DNA from: Candidatus Hermodarchaeota archaeon
Lineage (GTDB): Archaea; Asgardarchaeota; Thorarchaeia; Thorarchaeales; Thorarchaeaceae
Direction: 5' to 3'
Length of the DNA stretch: 64,000 nt
NCBI GenBank assembly: GCA_048885865.1
Contig: JBHLLF010000001.1
Span: 135,457 to 199,456 of the forward strand
The translations under genes were made by a program, and so were the position numbers. Below the pieces are notes generated by a model, which ran no database searches, was not told where the DNA came from, and saw nothing but the letters and a program-made list of their open reading frames with translations. Below, piece after piece: positions 1 through 9,881 of the stretch (within the stretch, counting starts at the first letter, position 1; each line of letters starts with the position of its first letter).

Positions 1-480
1 ATGACCGATATAGTATAGCTGTCTAGCAGATGTCAGCGTGTGTTTTCTTGTAAAGGGAACCTTGCAGTCTCTGATTTCTTGAATTCGTTTCTCCAAAATT
101 TCGGGTAAGAAAATCGAATAAGGTGATGATGCAGCCCTTTCAACTCTTACCGCGCCTGAATTGAATTGCCGAGATTGAGATTCAAAGAGGGTGTGAACAT
201 ATTCAAACGTCAATTGAATGGCTGTATTCCTAGTTCGGATACCTTTCACGATATCAATAAGGTCGTATGATGGTATCTCCAATGCACAATAAATCGGGTC
301 TATCGCAAGGAAATTTGCCACATGATCGCGTATCCTTAGGTCTCGATTCTCTCTAAAAGCAGAATAGAGTGATTCCTTCAACTCTAGTATATTCTCTTCC
401 CTCACAAATTCCAACAATAGGTTCGAGCTACTGTGAAAATCAAACCTGCTAATCGCAGCCAGTAACTCAGTAATACTCAA
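1..480 (-). CDS. Hypothetical protein, partial. The ORF runs off the 5' edge of the window; the N-terminus lies inside the window with a TTG (480) or GTG (405) start candidate.
   Basis: The minus strand has an uninterrupted ~160-codon reading frame from ~480 to position 1 with a coding-like composition. It has no ATG, and it is absent from the ORF track because it has no in-window stop. Confidence 0.3.
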   Translation of the reverse strand, partial: MSITELLAAISRFDFHSSSNLLLEFVREENILELKESLYSAFRENRDLRIRDHVANFLAIDPIYCALEIPSYDLIDIVKGIRTRNTAIQLTFEYVHTLFESQSRQFNSGAVRVERAASSPYSIFLPEILEKRIQEIRDCKVPFTRKHTLTSARQLYYIGH

Positions 481-582
481 GGTCAGCTCACTAAAACTCT
501 ATGACTGAGTAGGGTATATGTAGATGTTCCTGGCCGCTCCGGCCAGCAACAACTCCATACTTGTATTAGTTTCAAAGTTCGT

Positions 583-855
583 CTAGGATCCCGTGCCCTT
601 CATTTTGTGCACGATAAAGCATTTTTTTCGGTACGCCTCATCGTCCAAGTTGTTAATGAAGTTCTCGAGCTTTTTGACCCGTGTGAACTCCTCATGGATA
701 CCGAGGTCTCTCACAGAAATCATTGCTTTCTTCTTCTCGATTCGAACGTAGACCCCACCGAGGCCCACTGAGTGCTTCATATATACTGGATCCTCTTGGT
801 TCTTAACTCGATAGAATCCCTGTCTTCTCAACATTCGTGTGACCATGTTCATCAT
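583..855 (-). CDS. Small hypothetical protein (90 aa), basic.
   Basis: Clean ATG-started ORF (MMNM...) that does not overlap other genes. It lies divergent to the DUF106 gene across an AT-rich intergenic region. No recognisable domain. Confidence 0.45.
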   Translation of the reverse strand: MMNMVTRMLRRQGFYRVKNQEDPVYMKHSVGLGGVYVRIEKKKAMISVRDLGIHEEFTRVKKLENFINNLDDEAYRKKCFIVHKMKGTGS

Positions 856-989
856 AGCTGTCTAGCCCTCCCGGCGGCTGACAGTTTCTCAGTAAACGCA
901 CACCTTAATATAAAGCCATAAGGTGGAAATAGTACACGTTTGTTCAGCATGTGCATAATGAGATGTACAAATTCATAAAAGAAATTAAA

Positions 990-1050
990 ATATATGCACA
1001 AATTACCGATTTCAAATCCATATATGCACAAGAATCGATTTGTATGCCAT
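990..1050. repeat. Two ~30-bp tandem direct repeats (TATATGCACAA-N5-6-CGATTT) in the divergent intergenic region. Possible operator sites.
   Basis: The sequence 'tatatgcacaa' occurs at 991-1001 and 1021-1031, each followed by 'cgattt' at the same offset. The region lies between genes at 855(-) and 1231(+). Confidence 0.4.
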
Positions 1051-1230
1051 TATAGCTTCCAACGCGCCAAATGAAAATATTACGTGTACGAAATGTTCCG
1101 AGCTACCTTTGCTGTCAACGCGAAACGTTTACGACGTATTTGACCACTATCCCTCCAAGAACTCCGCTATTTTTGCTATAGTCAATGAAGACAATGCTTA
1201 AAACTGAGGCAAAGAAGTCGGGCTGCGACT

Positions 1231-1797
1231 GTGGGAATAATCATGGATCTCTGGAGTGACTTCATAGGTTTCTTCACAGGTATTCTTGAGCCTGTAGCCA
1301 GCCCTCCATTTAGTGCTGTATTCATTTTGATTGTTAGTGTATCCCTTGCACTTATCGCATCTTGGGCAACCATGCGGTTCAGCAATGTTGAGCAGACAAA
1401 GGAGAACATGAAAGAAATCTCTGAATGGAGAAAGAAGCTTGATGAAGCGCGGAAGACAATGGACCCTATGCTTCTCCAGGAAGTCCAGGATCAGCAGGCA
1501 AGAATCATGCGCCTAAATGCTGAGCTGATGAGCTCGCGATGCAAACCCATGTGCATCTATTACATCCCGTTCATAATCATCTTTGGAATACTCAACGCAT
1601 TGTACGCTAATGTCCCGGTTGCAATCCTCCCCTTCAATGCACAGAAATTGCTCCCATTTATTGACCCAATGTTGGGAACCAATATCGCTGGAGGAGGCTT
1701 CGGACTCTGGTTCTGGCCATGGTATCTCTTAGCAAGCCTTGGCCTAGGAAACCTCATTCGCAAATTCCTAGGCGTTGGCGTTGAGCTCGGAATGTAA
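1231..1797 (+). CDS. DUF106/EMC3-TMCO1-like membrane protein (archaeal YidC/Oxa1-like insertase family).
   Basis: Layout is an N-terminal TM, a charged coiled-coil segment (KENMKEISEWRKKLDEARK...QDQQARIMRL), then two further TMs and a Gly/Trp-rich C-terminus, typical of Mj0480-like DUF106 proteins. A TATA-like 'tttttgctata' sits ~55 nt upstream. Confidence 0.6.
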   Translation: MGIIMDLWSDFIGFFTGILEPVASPPFSAVFILIVSVSLALIASWATMRFSNVEQTKENMKEISEWRKKLDEARKTMDPMLLQEVQDQQARIMRLNAELMSSRCKPMCIYYIPFIIIFGILNALYANVPVAILPFNAQKLLPFIDPMLGTNIAGGGFGLWFWPWYLLASLGLGNLIRKFLGVGVELGM

Positions 1798-1798
1798 A

Positions 1799-2971
1799 CT
1801 ACCGTGCTTCCTGTCCATCTTTGGTTTTGACAAGGAGCAATGCAACTGTAGCAATTAGAGCCAAAACGATTGAATACTGAAAAGCGATCAGAGCTCCTAT
1901 TGCATCCCAAAGGTATCCTATGATAATGCCAGCTGGCAGTGCGCATAGACCTATGGACATTTGAAATGCTCCCAATATACTTGACCGCCTCTCTTCTTCA
2001 ACGAGGTCTGAAACCAACGCAGTCTGAACTGGATCGAGTGCGCCGTTCATGAGACCAAAGAGAACGAACAATGGTATCACTGTCACCCAGTCATTCACAA
2101 AAAAGGCCCAAGCAGAGGTGAAAATGAGCAGAATGAATGCCATTATGAGGATTGGCTTCCTGCCAAAACGGTCAGATGCACGTCCAAAGGGATATGCACT
2201 TGCTGCATAAACCCCTGTGAAGAGAATATAGAGGAGGGGCAGCTGTGATTCAAGATATCCAAAGCCTTGAGAGAAAAGCATTAGAAATGAATAGCTGAAT
2301 GTTGCAAGAGCAAACAGAATTGATGCAAATAGGAATACCTTCAAGTTTCGATTCAATCCTCGGAAGCTAACTCCTTTGAAGACATCCTTTCCTTTTTTCT
2401 CCTCTATTAACACTGCGACCACTATGACACTTCCCAAACCTGGAAGAACTGCCAAAAGGATGATGCCTGTGTAACCAAGATACACAAATAATAGAGCTGT
2501 GATTATAGAACCCAGAACCGCTCCTGCTGTATCCATTGCACGCAATATTCCAAAGGCACGCCCTCGTTTTTCTTCGTCAGCAAACCCAGCTACAATCGCG
2601 TCTCTAGGGGGTCCACGCATCTTTCCCAATCTATCAGTGGATTTGAAGAGTAGTATTTGAGCGAACCCCGTGGCCAGGAGGAAACCCAATCTAGAGATTG
2701 TGGAGAGAAAGTATCCGACAGAGATGAAAGCCTTCCTTCTACCCGTTCTATCGGAGGCATAGCCAGCACCCAGCTTCGATAATGATGTTATCGTTAAAGC
2801 TAGTCCGTCAACAATTCCAATTTGGAAGAACGAAAGACCAAGGCGAATTTGCAAGAATGTTGGCCAAATCGGTGCAATCATGTCGGAACTTGTATCACTC
2901 AGAAACGAGGCAGTTCCGAACACAAGGGTCGGATCACGCTCGCTTTTATCCTTGGCATCATCAACGGACAA
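1799..2971 (-). CDS. MFS transporter.
   Basis: 390 aa with ~12 predicted TM helices. Carries MFS-like motifs (GRRKAFISVGYFL, DRFGRKPILIMAF) between TM2/3 and TM8/9. Confidence 0.8.
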   Translation of the reverse strand: MSVDDAKDKSERDPTLVFGTASFLSDTSSDMIAPIWPTFLQIRLGLSFFQIGIVDGLALTITSLSKLGAGYASDRTGRRKAFISVGYFLSTISRLGFLLATGFAQILLFKSTDRLGKMRGPPRDAIVAGFADEEKRGRAFGILRAMDTAGAVLGSIITALLFVYLGYTGIILLAVLPGLGSVIVVAVLIEEKKGKDVFKGVSFRGLNRNLKVFLFASILFALATFSYSFLMLFSQGFGYLESQLPLLYILFTGVYAASAYPFGRASDRFGRKPILIMAFILLIFTSAWAFFVNDWVTVIPLFVLFGLMNGALDPVQTALVSDLVEEERRSSILGAFQMSIGLCALPAGIIIGYLWDAIGALIAFQYSIVLALIATVALLLVKTKDGQEAR

Positions 2972-3086
2972 GTCTTGAATTCCTCACGCTCCCTATTCAC
3001 TCCTAGCTTTTATTTCATTGCCAGAAGAAAGTGCAATTGATTCCTAGTACACAAGCGTTTTATTATCCAAATATATCCGTGCCGCT

Positions 3087-4289
3087 ATGAGTCCTAGTAG
3101 GTCGAAAGTCTACTTTGGATCTGTGAAACATGGGAACACGGGTCGTTTTGCCTCATTTGGGGCAAAAGTGGACAAGGTTATCGAACTTCTTGACTTCTCA
3201 TCAATAGAGAAGAAAGATAAAGTCGCTATCAAGATGCATTTGGGTTTTCATGACGGATATCAGACTGTGCCCGTCTTCTTCGTACGTCGGTTGGTCAAAG
3301 CGGTAAAGAAGGCTGGTGGATACCCATTCGTGACTGACAATCCTACTGCAGTCTACAATGCTGCAGACCGTGGATACACGGCTGAAACTTGTGGATGCCC
3401 CATCATTCCAGCTGCTGGAGTCAAGGATGGCTATACAAGGAAGGTGGAGTTCAACTTTGGAAACGTTGACACCCTAGAGATGGGTGGAGTCCTAGCGGAT
3501 GCTGATGTGCTGATTGATTTCACTCATGTTAAAGGCCACAACACTTGCGGATATGGAGGAGCAGTGAAAAACATCGCCCTGGGTGGATATCATGGCCCGA
3601 GCAGATGGCAGAAGATACATGGCGTCGAGACCAGCATTCCCTATTGGAATCCAGAGAAATGCACCCCAGAACATGCAAAGAAACTGGTTGAGATCTGTCC
3701 CGAAGAGTGCATAGAGTACAATGAAGAGAAGCACAATCTCACGGTCGCATTTGGAATGTGTAACCAGTGCTGGAAGTGCATGGAGGCGGACAAGGATGTT
3801 GGATGCCTTGATCTGAAACAAGAGAATTACGCGATGTTTCAAGAACTCATGGCCAGGGCTGCAAATGAAGTCTTAAAGACCTTCGATGAGAACAAAAAAT
3901 TCTTCCTGAACTTTGCCATAGACATCACTGGGATGTGTGATTGCTGGGGAATCGCTCAGCCGCATGTCGTGCACGACATTGGTGTCTTAGGAAGTAGGGA
4001 CATCGTCGCCATTGAACAGGCATCACTCGACTTGATTGCAGAGGAGGGTCTCATTGAAAGCATGATTCCTCCTTACTACAGGAATCTGAACCTAGATCCT
4101 GAGGCTGATCTCCATCCATTCGCTAGACTGCACGGCCCTATGAAAAATCCCTATTTGGTGACTGAATATGCTGAGGGATTAGGAATGGGCTCACGGGATT
4201 ATGAGCTCATAGAGGTCCTCTCAGTAGAAGAGACCATGAAGATGAAGCCTCCATCAGGAGTTTCTGAAGCTGCTCCGTCGTTCTTCTAG
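3087..4289 (+). CDS. DUF362-domain Fe-S protein (ferredoxin-like, 4Fe-4S cluster-binding).
   Basis: 400 aa. Contains the conserved DUF362 core (KVAIKMHLGF...PFVTDNPT...HVKGHNTCGYGGAVKNIALG) plus a CxxC-rich insert (CPEEC...CNQCWKC). Confidence 0.7.
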   Translation: MSPSRSKVYFGSVKHGNTGRFASFGAKVDKVIELLDFSSIEKKDKVAIKMHLGFHDGYQTVPVFFVRRLVKAVKKAGGYPFVTDNPTAVYNAADRGYTAETCGCPIIPAAGVKDGYTRKVEFNFGNVDTLEMGGVLADADVLIDFTHVKGHNTCGYGGAVKNIALGGYHGPSRWQKIHGVETSIPYWNPEKCTPEHAKKLVEICPEECIEYNEEKHNLTVAFGMCNQCWKCMEADKDVGCLDLKQENYAMFQELMARAANEVLKTFDENKKFFLNFAIDITGMCDCWGIAQPHVVHDIGVLGSRDIVAIEQASLDLIAEEGLIESMIPPYYRNLNLDPEADLHPFARLHGPMKNPYLVTEYAEGLGMGSRDYELIEVLSVEETMKMKPPSGVSEAAPSFF

Positions 4290-4438
4290 TAATATAGGGG
4301 ATTAAGTAGCTGCAGAGGGAACACTCAGTCAGAGCTTGCACCGAATTTCAGACGAGTTAGCATCGCATACAACATAAGAACCTTTAATATATGCTAGTAA
4401 CATAGGATATGTGACTAGCTCTTCTGAGTTATGAGAAG

Positions 4439-4891
4439 GTGGGACGCCAGATGACTGAGAGTCTAACGCCTGAAGACAGACTTCGTAAGTATAAGGAGTT
4501 CATCTCAGGACTTGCGCATGCAAATGACTCGAGGCGTAGGAACCAATCACATGCTCTAAAAACTTCTACTCCTGAACCAAAGAAGCCTCCAGTGAAGAAA
4601 GAACTTGTTGCCGCTCTTGCGGTGCTCAAGGATGCCCAGGAGAAGATGGAGTCTGCCCTCTCAGATGAGCAGTCAGCTCGAAAGAATGTTATGCTGAGAA
4701 TCAAGGAAAAAGCCCTTGAGTCCTCTATGCTTGATATACGAGATGAGAAACGCAGATTGCGGCGTAAACTTGAGAAAGGCGAGATCACAGAGGCAGAATA
4801 CGAAGCTGAAATTCAGAAGCTGGTTCGTAGAGGAAAAAGCGTTCTCAAAGAGCAGTCCGTTGTTGCAGCTAAGAAGAATGGTTTGGCGTAG
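4439..4891 (+). CDS. Coiled-coil protein with a C-terminal SHOCT-like motif.
   Basis: 150 aa, highly charged and helical. The C-terminal 'KLEKGEITEAEYEAEIQKLV' matches the SHOCT short C-terminal domain pattern. The overlapping minus-strand ORF 4429-4788 looks spurious (Ser/Arg-rich antisense). Confidence 0.5.
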   Translation: MGRQMTESLTPEDRLRKYKEFISGLAHANDSRRRNQSHALKTSTPEPKKPPVKKELVAALAVLKDAQEKMESALSDEQSARKNVMLRIKEKALESSMLDIRDEKRRLRRKLEKGEITEAEYEAEIQKLVRRGKSVLKEQSVVAAKKNGLA

Positions 4892-5100
4892 AATCACCTT
4901 CATTCAGCTTGGCTTTTGCCCATTTCATTTATGATGTACTGTTTGATTTGAGTACAATACAATCATAGAAAAGTGAAAAAGGGCCACGATATTCAAGAAT
5001 CCTGCTAATAGGGAGGCTGAATGCGCTGGCTAAGGGCAAATCTGGCAAGAGTTCCAAAGGGGCAAAGTCAGATGATGCCTATCTGCATCAGTTTTGCAAA

Positions 5101-5931
5101 TTGAGTAAACGGGCAGCAGTGGACGAGCTATCTGAATTGATGAAAGGTTTTTGGACTGATAGGAGTGAGTATCCCCTTCATCGCTTATGCAAGATAATCG
5201 AGAAGAAATGGAAAAAGTCTGGGAATGAAGAGGAAGCTATTGAACAGCTAATGCTTGTTCGGGACGGTGTCTTTGGAGCTCTTGACATGCTCTCCCTTTC
5301 ATTGCCCCTCGAAATAGGCACAGACAAAATCATTCAGAAGCTCATAAAGGGAAGAGACTGGGATGACGGCAGGAAACGCGTTCGAAGTGAATGCGCACAA
5401 ATCATCAGTGGCATGATATCAGCAAGGGAATTTGCTCATATTCTCCCTTCAGGATTAGAACATGACGGCTTCACCTTCCTTGTACCTGAACTGAAAGAAG
5501 CCATGTTGAAAGATGTCAAGAAGGCTGAGCCAAAGGCCCGAAAAGGCAATGTAAGCTTAGCTGCGCTTTCGCGTTCGGTTCTTGGAAGGCGACTGCTGAA
5601 AGAACAGAAGATTACTGATACCAAGATTCCTGAAGGAGATCCAAGACTGACACCTCTGAAGGAAGCATATGATAGACTTTTAGTGGAGCTGGAATTAGAC
5701 CATCAGGTAGCATTCCCCTTAGAAACGCATCAGGTGACTTTCAACGGGAAAGTGGCAGAAGACGAAATGGAATATATGGCTTCGGCAGCTGGTGCTGAAC
5801 CCGCTAGTGTTCAGTCTGAGCTAACTGAATACATCACAAGCTACAAAGAGGCAAAGCGCAAGCCGAAGAAAAAGGGAAGGAAAAAGCCTAGGAAATCCTC
5901 AGGCCGCAAAAAGAAAAAAGGAGGAGCATAA
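5101..5931 (+). CDS. Hypothetical protein with an extremely basic Lys/Arg-rich C-terminal tail.
   Basis: 276 aa. The track start is a TTG at 5101; an in-frame ATG follows ~13 codons downstream (MKGFW...). The tail KRKPKKKGRKKPRKSSGRKKKKGGA suggests nucleic-acid binding. It sits 55 nt upstream of the HEAT-repeat gene on the same strand. Confidence 0.5.
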   Translation: MSKRAAVDELSELMKGFWTDRSEYPLHRLCKIIEKKWKKSGNEEEAIEQLMLVRDGVFGALDMLSLSLPLEIGTDKIIQKLIKGRDWDDGRKRVRSECAQIISGMISAREFAHILPSGLEHDGFTFLVPELKEAMLKDVKKAEPKARKGNVSLAALSRSVLGRRLLKEQKITDTKIPEGDPRLTPLKEAYDRLLVELELDHQVAFPLETHQVTFNGKVAEDEMEYMASAAGAEPASVQSELTEYITSYKEAKRKPKKKGRKKPRKSSGRKKKKGGA

Positions 5932-5986
5932 GCTGTCCCCTATTTCTGCTGATTTCCTAGCCCTTGAAATCAAGAAGCTTGATGAA

Positions 5987-7426
5987 ATGCGAAAAGCCGT
6001 ATGGAATCTGGAATCAGCCCAACCCGAGCTCATGTATGAAGCAGCACAGACTCTCACTATGTATGGTGTCAATCGAACTCTTCTCCCATCTGCAATGCAT
6101 CATTTGCTAGCTGATGATATCTTTGTGCGGAAGATTCTCTTCAGGGCAGCTGGCAAGAATATCTATGGTGCGTATATTCCCGAATTCTTCTCTCAATTGC
6201 CAAATCTGCCCCCAGCAGAGGTAGCTCAAGTGCTTCAAAGCATCAAGGAAGCCTTCAAGGAAAATGGACCCCCGCTAGAAAAGCTTGAGTTGAAAAGATG
6301 GATCACGGCCTTGGAGAAACTGGGTCGAGAACACCAACCCGGCATAGTTGAGATTATGGCTACGCTTGGAAACCATGGATTCCGATGGGTGACCAAGCTA
6401 ATCAGAAATAACCTAGAAGGTTTGAATATAGGTGCAATTGCCAGCATTCAGGAATTTCCTGAGAAGCACAGGTTTGCACTGGTACGACTCCTCTGTGAAG
6501 AAGCCTCACATCGAAAGCCAGACTTATTGACATACATTGCAGGAGTTACTGATTCAAAATCAGTTAGATTCCTGAAGTCTTTTCTGTCGAGTGGAAAATG
6601 GAAAGATCGGAAAGAGGTTGCTGAAGCTGTGGGTCGTGTGGGAATTACCTCCGCATCGGGTCTTGTCAGAGACCTTCTGAATGATCCTGATTGGAGAGTC
6701 AAGCAAGCTCTAGCTGAGAATATCAACGTATCTAAATCGAAGATTTCAAGCCTACTTAGAATAATGGAGATTCTTGTTGCAGATTCTCACACCAGGGTGA
6801 AACGTTCAGCTGGTAGAACACTACTCAGAATGGGACTAAAGCCATGCATAGGTTCTAGTCTGGACGCCCAACGCGACAAGTTGATGAAACGATTTAGAGG
6901 TCAACTCTTGAAAGCGGCACCATTGAACAAGGAAATCGATTCAACTTGGTTGGGTGTTGATCTATCCGGAGAGAGTCCCTTCCCATCTAGTGCCCCCGAT
7001 GATGCCCCATATTCGGCCAAACCGCAACCAGTGGGACTTGGCGACCTTGCATCAGCCTTGTCAACACGGAAGGCGGAATCTACGAGTCCTGAAGTCGAGT
7101 TAGACCTCCGAACAGCGCTGCTCAAGAAGATGTTGGAGTCTAAAGAATCGACAGATGCATCTGCAGTGATCGCAGAACCTACAACTAGCGACGCATCAAA
7201 GATAGATCAAAACCTCCCTCCACCCGCGCGATTCCTAGCACTAATGGATGAATTATCATCGACTCTTGGCAAAGCCCTCCCAGTCATGGTGATGAAGGCA
7301 AAGGCCTCAGAAATTGAGTTATCGTCTGATGAGTTTGATGAGGTACTTGGTCAGTTAGTGAAAGAAGGTACAGTCTATATGGTTGATGAGGATACTGTAC
7401 GGCGAGCTGACATACTGACCGAGTAG
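5987..7426 (+). CDS. HEAT/PBS-lyase-like repeat protein.
   Basis: 479 aa. Carries repeated 'D.D..VR..A...' units (DPDWRVKQALAENI, DSHTRVKRSAGRTLLRMG, DDIFVRKILFRAAGKNI) typical of HEAT-like repeats, followed by an acidic, Ser/Pro-rich C-terminus. Confidence 0.55.
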   Translation: MRKAVWNLESAQPELMYEAAQTLTMYGVNRTLLPSAMHHLLADDIFVRKILFRAAGKNIYGAYIPEFFSQLPNLPPAEVAQVLQSIKEAFKENGPPLEKLELKRWITALEKLGREHQPGIVEIMATLGNHGFRWVTKLIRNNLEGLNIGAIASIQEFPEKHRFALVRLLCEEASHRKPDLLTYIAGVTDSKSVRFLKSFLSSGKWKDRKEVAEAVGRVGITSASGLVRDLLNDPDWRVKQALAENINVSKSKISSLLRIMEILVADSHTRVKRSAGRTLLRMGLKPCIGSSLDAQRDKLMKRFRGQLLKAAPLNKEIDSTWLGVDLSGESPFPSSAPDDAPYSAKPQPVGLGDLASALSTRKAESTSPEVELDLRTALLKKMLESKESTDASAVIAEPTTSDASKIDQNLPPPARFLALMDELSSTLGKALPVMVMKAKASEIELSSDEFDEVLGQLVKEGTVYMVDEDTVRRADILTE

Positions 7427-7489
7427 ATGGCGCTTGGGTAACACTAATCAGAACTTTGTAATCTTAACCAAGAAGGCGAGGAGAGAATA

Positions 7490-8812
7490 TTGTCTGAGAG
7501 CACATTGATTCAGGATGGCCTGGTCGTCACTGGGGACCGCAAAGGCACGATGTATTCGGATGGATATGTAAGAATCGAAGGCAATCAAATTGCGGAGCTG
7601 GGAAAGGGCAAGCCGAAAGGCAAAGCTGACAATGTCATAGATGCTAAGGGATGTGTTGTTATACCTGGGCTAATCACGGCTCATACGCATCTCTATGGCA
7701 TTCTTTTGCGGGGTGCAAGTCTCAATATAGAGCCACCCACTGATTTCGCTCAGATACTTCAAAGAGTATGGTGGCCTCTCGATGAAACAATGAATCTGGA
7801 GGATGCGCATGCAAGTGCCCTTTCAGCATCTGCTGATATGCTTCGAAATGGCTCAACATTCTTCGCCGATACCTATTCCGGTCCCAACTCAATTGAAGGT
7901 GTGTTAGATAGTGTTGCTGATGGATCGAATAGAGTCGGAATGCGGTCCATGCTTGCATTTGAAATGACTGAAAGAGACAGTGTAGAGATTGGTCACAGGG
8001 GACTTGAAGAGAATGTGAGATTCTCAGGGTGTGCGAAATGTGGAGGACTCGCCTCCCTGATGATGAGCATCCATGCATCATTTACAGTCACAGATGAACT
8101 CATCCAAAAAGCAGTAGAGGAGGCTCGTAGACTGGATGTACCGATTACTATTCACACGTCTGAAGGTCTTGTTGACCTGTATCACAATTTGGAGCGCTAT
8201 GGAGAGAGAACAGTTGAGCGTCTTGCCAGACTTGGCGTTCTTGGTCCTAAGACGGTTCTAGCACATTGTGTTCATGTCAATGACAGAGAGCTCGACCTCA
8301 TTGCTGAACACAAGGCATCAGTTGCTCACAATCCCATGTCAAACATGCTGAATGCAGTTGGAACTGCTCCAGTTCCTGGAATGCTGAAACGAGGAATTCC
8401 TGTGGGGCTTGGAAATGATGGGTGGATATATGATCCTTTCGAGAACATGAGATGTGCGCTGACTGTCCATCGTCTTGAAAACCGAGATCCTAGCATCATT
8501 GGTCCGGATGATATTTTCAGAATGGTCACCCTCGATGGTGCTCGATGCTATGGTCTTGAGAATCAAATAGGCAGTCTAGAAGTGGGCAAGCTGGCTGACA
8601 TGGCAATTCTGAATGGTACGCGAGTTCCCACGCCGTTGACTCCTGATTCAGTGATTGGACACCTCATAAACACCTTTGGGGGAAGAGATGTTGCGCATGT
8701 ATTCGTAGATGGTGTTCAAGTAGTAAAGGACGGATCACTCACACTCATATCAGATGAAGAGGTTTCGGAGGTCTCTCGAGCAGCCAGTGCGAAGCTATGG
8801 TCGAGGTTATAG
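7490..8812 (+). CDS. Amidohydrolase-family deaminase/chlorohydrolase (TRZ/ATZ-SsnA-MtaD-like).
   Basis: 440 aa with a TTG start. Carries the metal-binding 'HTHLYGILLRG' motif near the N-terminus, an internal 'HTSE' motif, and 'HCVH...D' and 'GNDG' motifs characteristic of the cytosine/guanine/MTA-deaminase amidohydrolase subgroup. Confidence 0.75.
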   Translation: MSESTLIQDGLVVTGDRKGTMYSDGYVRIEGNQIAELGKGKPKGKADNVIDAKGCVVIPGLITAHTHLYGILLRGASLNIEPPTDFAQILQRVWWPLDETMNLEDAHASALSASADMLRNGSTFFADTYSGPNSIEGVLDSVADGSNRVGMRSMLAFEMTERDSVEIGHRGLEENVRFSGCAKCGGLASLMMSIHASFTVTDELIQKAVEEARRLDVPITIHTSEGLVDLYHNLERYGERTVERLARLGVLGPKTVLAHCVHVNDRELDLIAEHKASVAHNPMSNMLNAVGTAPVPGMLKRGIPVGLGNDGWIYDPFENMRCALTVHRLENRDPSIIGPDDIFRMVTLDGARCYGLENQIGSLEVGKLADMAILNGTRVPTPLTPDSVIGHLINTFGGRDVAHVFVDGVQVVKDGSLTLISDEEVSEVSRAASAKLWSRL

Positions 8813-8858
8813 AAGCACCAGATGCAAACCGTTTTCAACTGGTCGTTAGTCGCCAAGA

Positions 8859-9806
8859 GTGGTGCTATCTCTGAATCGCAACTTCACCTTTAATCATGCA
8901 ATCTTCGATGCACACACCCATGGAATCGACCCTGACTCACTCGACCTTTTAGTCAGTATTCAAGGGAAATATGGAATTAAAAAAGCAGTCCTCATCTGCC
9001 ACAGTCCTGCAATAATGGAATATGCCAGAAGCACATATCCGGGTCGTTTCATCTGCGCCAAATACTTCTCTGGTACAATGCGATTCACTGAGGGCCCGCA
9101 CAATCTTGCTCGAGAGGTTCTTGCAGCTCCTGAAGAAGGCTATGACCTCGTGAAAATGCAATCAGCTCCAGTAATGAGGGCCCGAGCTAAGGCAGACCCC
9201 GGTGAGCTTCGTCTTGATGGCGATGAGATGTCGCCTATGTTCGAAGCCATAATTGATGCTGGCATTCCATTCATTCTACACTTGTCCGATCCGGACACCT
9301 ATTATGACAGCAGATACACTGACACTGATTATTTTGGGACTAAGGAAAGAGACCTTGAAGAGCTGGAGGGAGTGCTGTCAAGGTATCCAGCAATTAAATT
9401 CCAAATAGCTCACTTCGCAGCACAACCAGAGATTCATCGCCTGGACAATCTTTCGCGGTGGTTCGATACATACAAGAACTTCAACATAGACACAAGTTCG
9501 GCTAGATGGATGTCCAGAGAATTGAGTAAGGATGTGGACCGGGCGAGTAACTTTCTGGCAAGACACAGCGATCGTATCCAATTTGGGACTGATTGTGTGG
9601 CATTCACGGACGATTCAAGCTATTATGATGGGCGGCATCTTGCTCTCAGACTGCTCCTGGAGAGCTCAGTTCGTGATACACCATTGCCCTTTCAGGATGC
9701 AGATACAGTGAACAGCGGCGGGACAATAATCAATGGACTAGAGCTTGCACAGGATGTCTTACAGAAGATTTACTGGAATAACGCGTGTGAATTCTATGGC
9801 ATCTAG
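8859..9806 (+). CDS. Amidohydrolase-2 (TIM-barrel metal-dependent hydrolase, PF04909-like).
   Basis: 315 aa, probably with a GTG start. Has the N-terminal 'IFDAHTHG' His-x-His metal motif, later 'QIAHF' and 'GTDC' (His...Asp) motifs, and 'ACEFYGI' at the C-terminus. Confidence 0.65.
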   Translation: MVLSLNRNFTFNHAIFDAHTHGIDPDSLDLLVSIQGKYGIKKAVLICHSPAIMEYARSTYPGRFICAKYFSGTMRFTEGPHNLAREVLAAPEEGYDLVKMQSAPVMRARAKADPGELRLDGDEMSPMFEAIIDAGIPFILHLSDPDTYYDSRYTDTDYFGTKERDLEELEGVLSRYPAIKFQIAHFAAQPEIHRLDNLSRWFDTYKNFNIDTSSARWMSRELSKDVDRASNFLARHSDRIQFGTDCVAFTDDSSYYDGRHLALRLLLESSVRDTPLPFQDADTVNSGGTIINGLELAQDVLQKIYWNNACEFYGI

Positions 9807-9881
9807 AGCATGAAGCGCCATGCCCTAGCGAGGCTATGATTTGGCGACCATATATTCCTAGGTCCGAGCTAATCTTCGACT

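Noticed and set aside
1182-1946. Track ORFs 1182-1409(-) and 1560-1946(-) overlapping the DUF106 and MFS genes.
   Set aside because: They are antisense or out-of-frame to well-supported genes, with low-complexity or atypical composition. Typical shadow ORFs.
2782-3040. ORFs 2782-3006(+) and 2822-3040(+) inside or abutting the MFS gene.
   Set aside because: They are embedded in the opposite strand of a 12-TM transporter with no independent support.
4429-4934. ORFs 4429-4788(-), 4673-4903(-) and 4716-4934(+) overlapping the SHOCT-like coiled-coil gene.
   Set aside because: Mutually exclusive overlapping frames. The plus-strand 150-aa frame has a coherent charged-helical composition and a recognisable C-terminal motif, so the others are treated as spurious.
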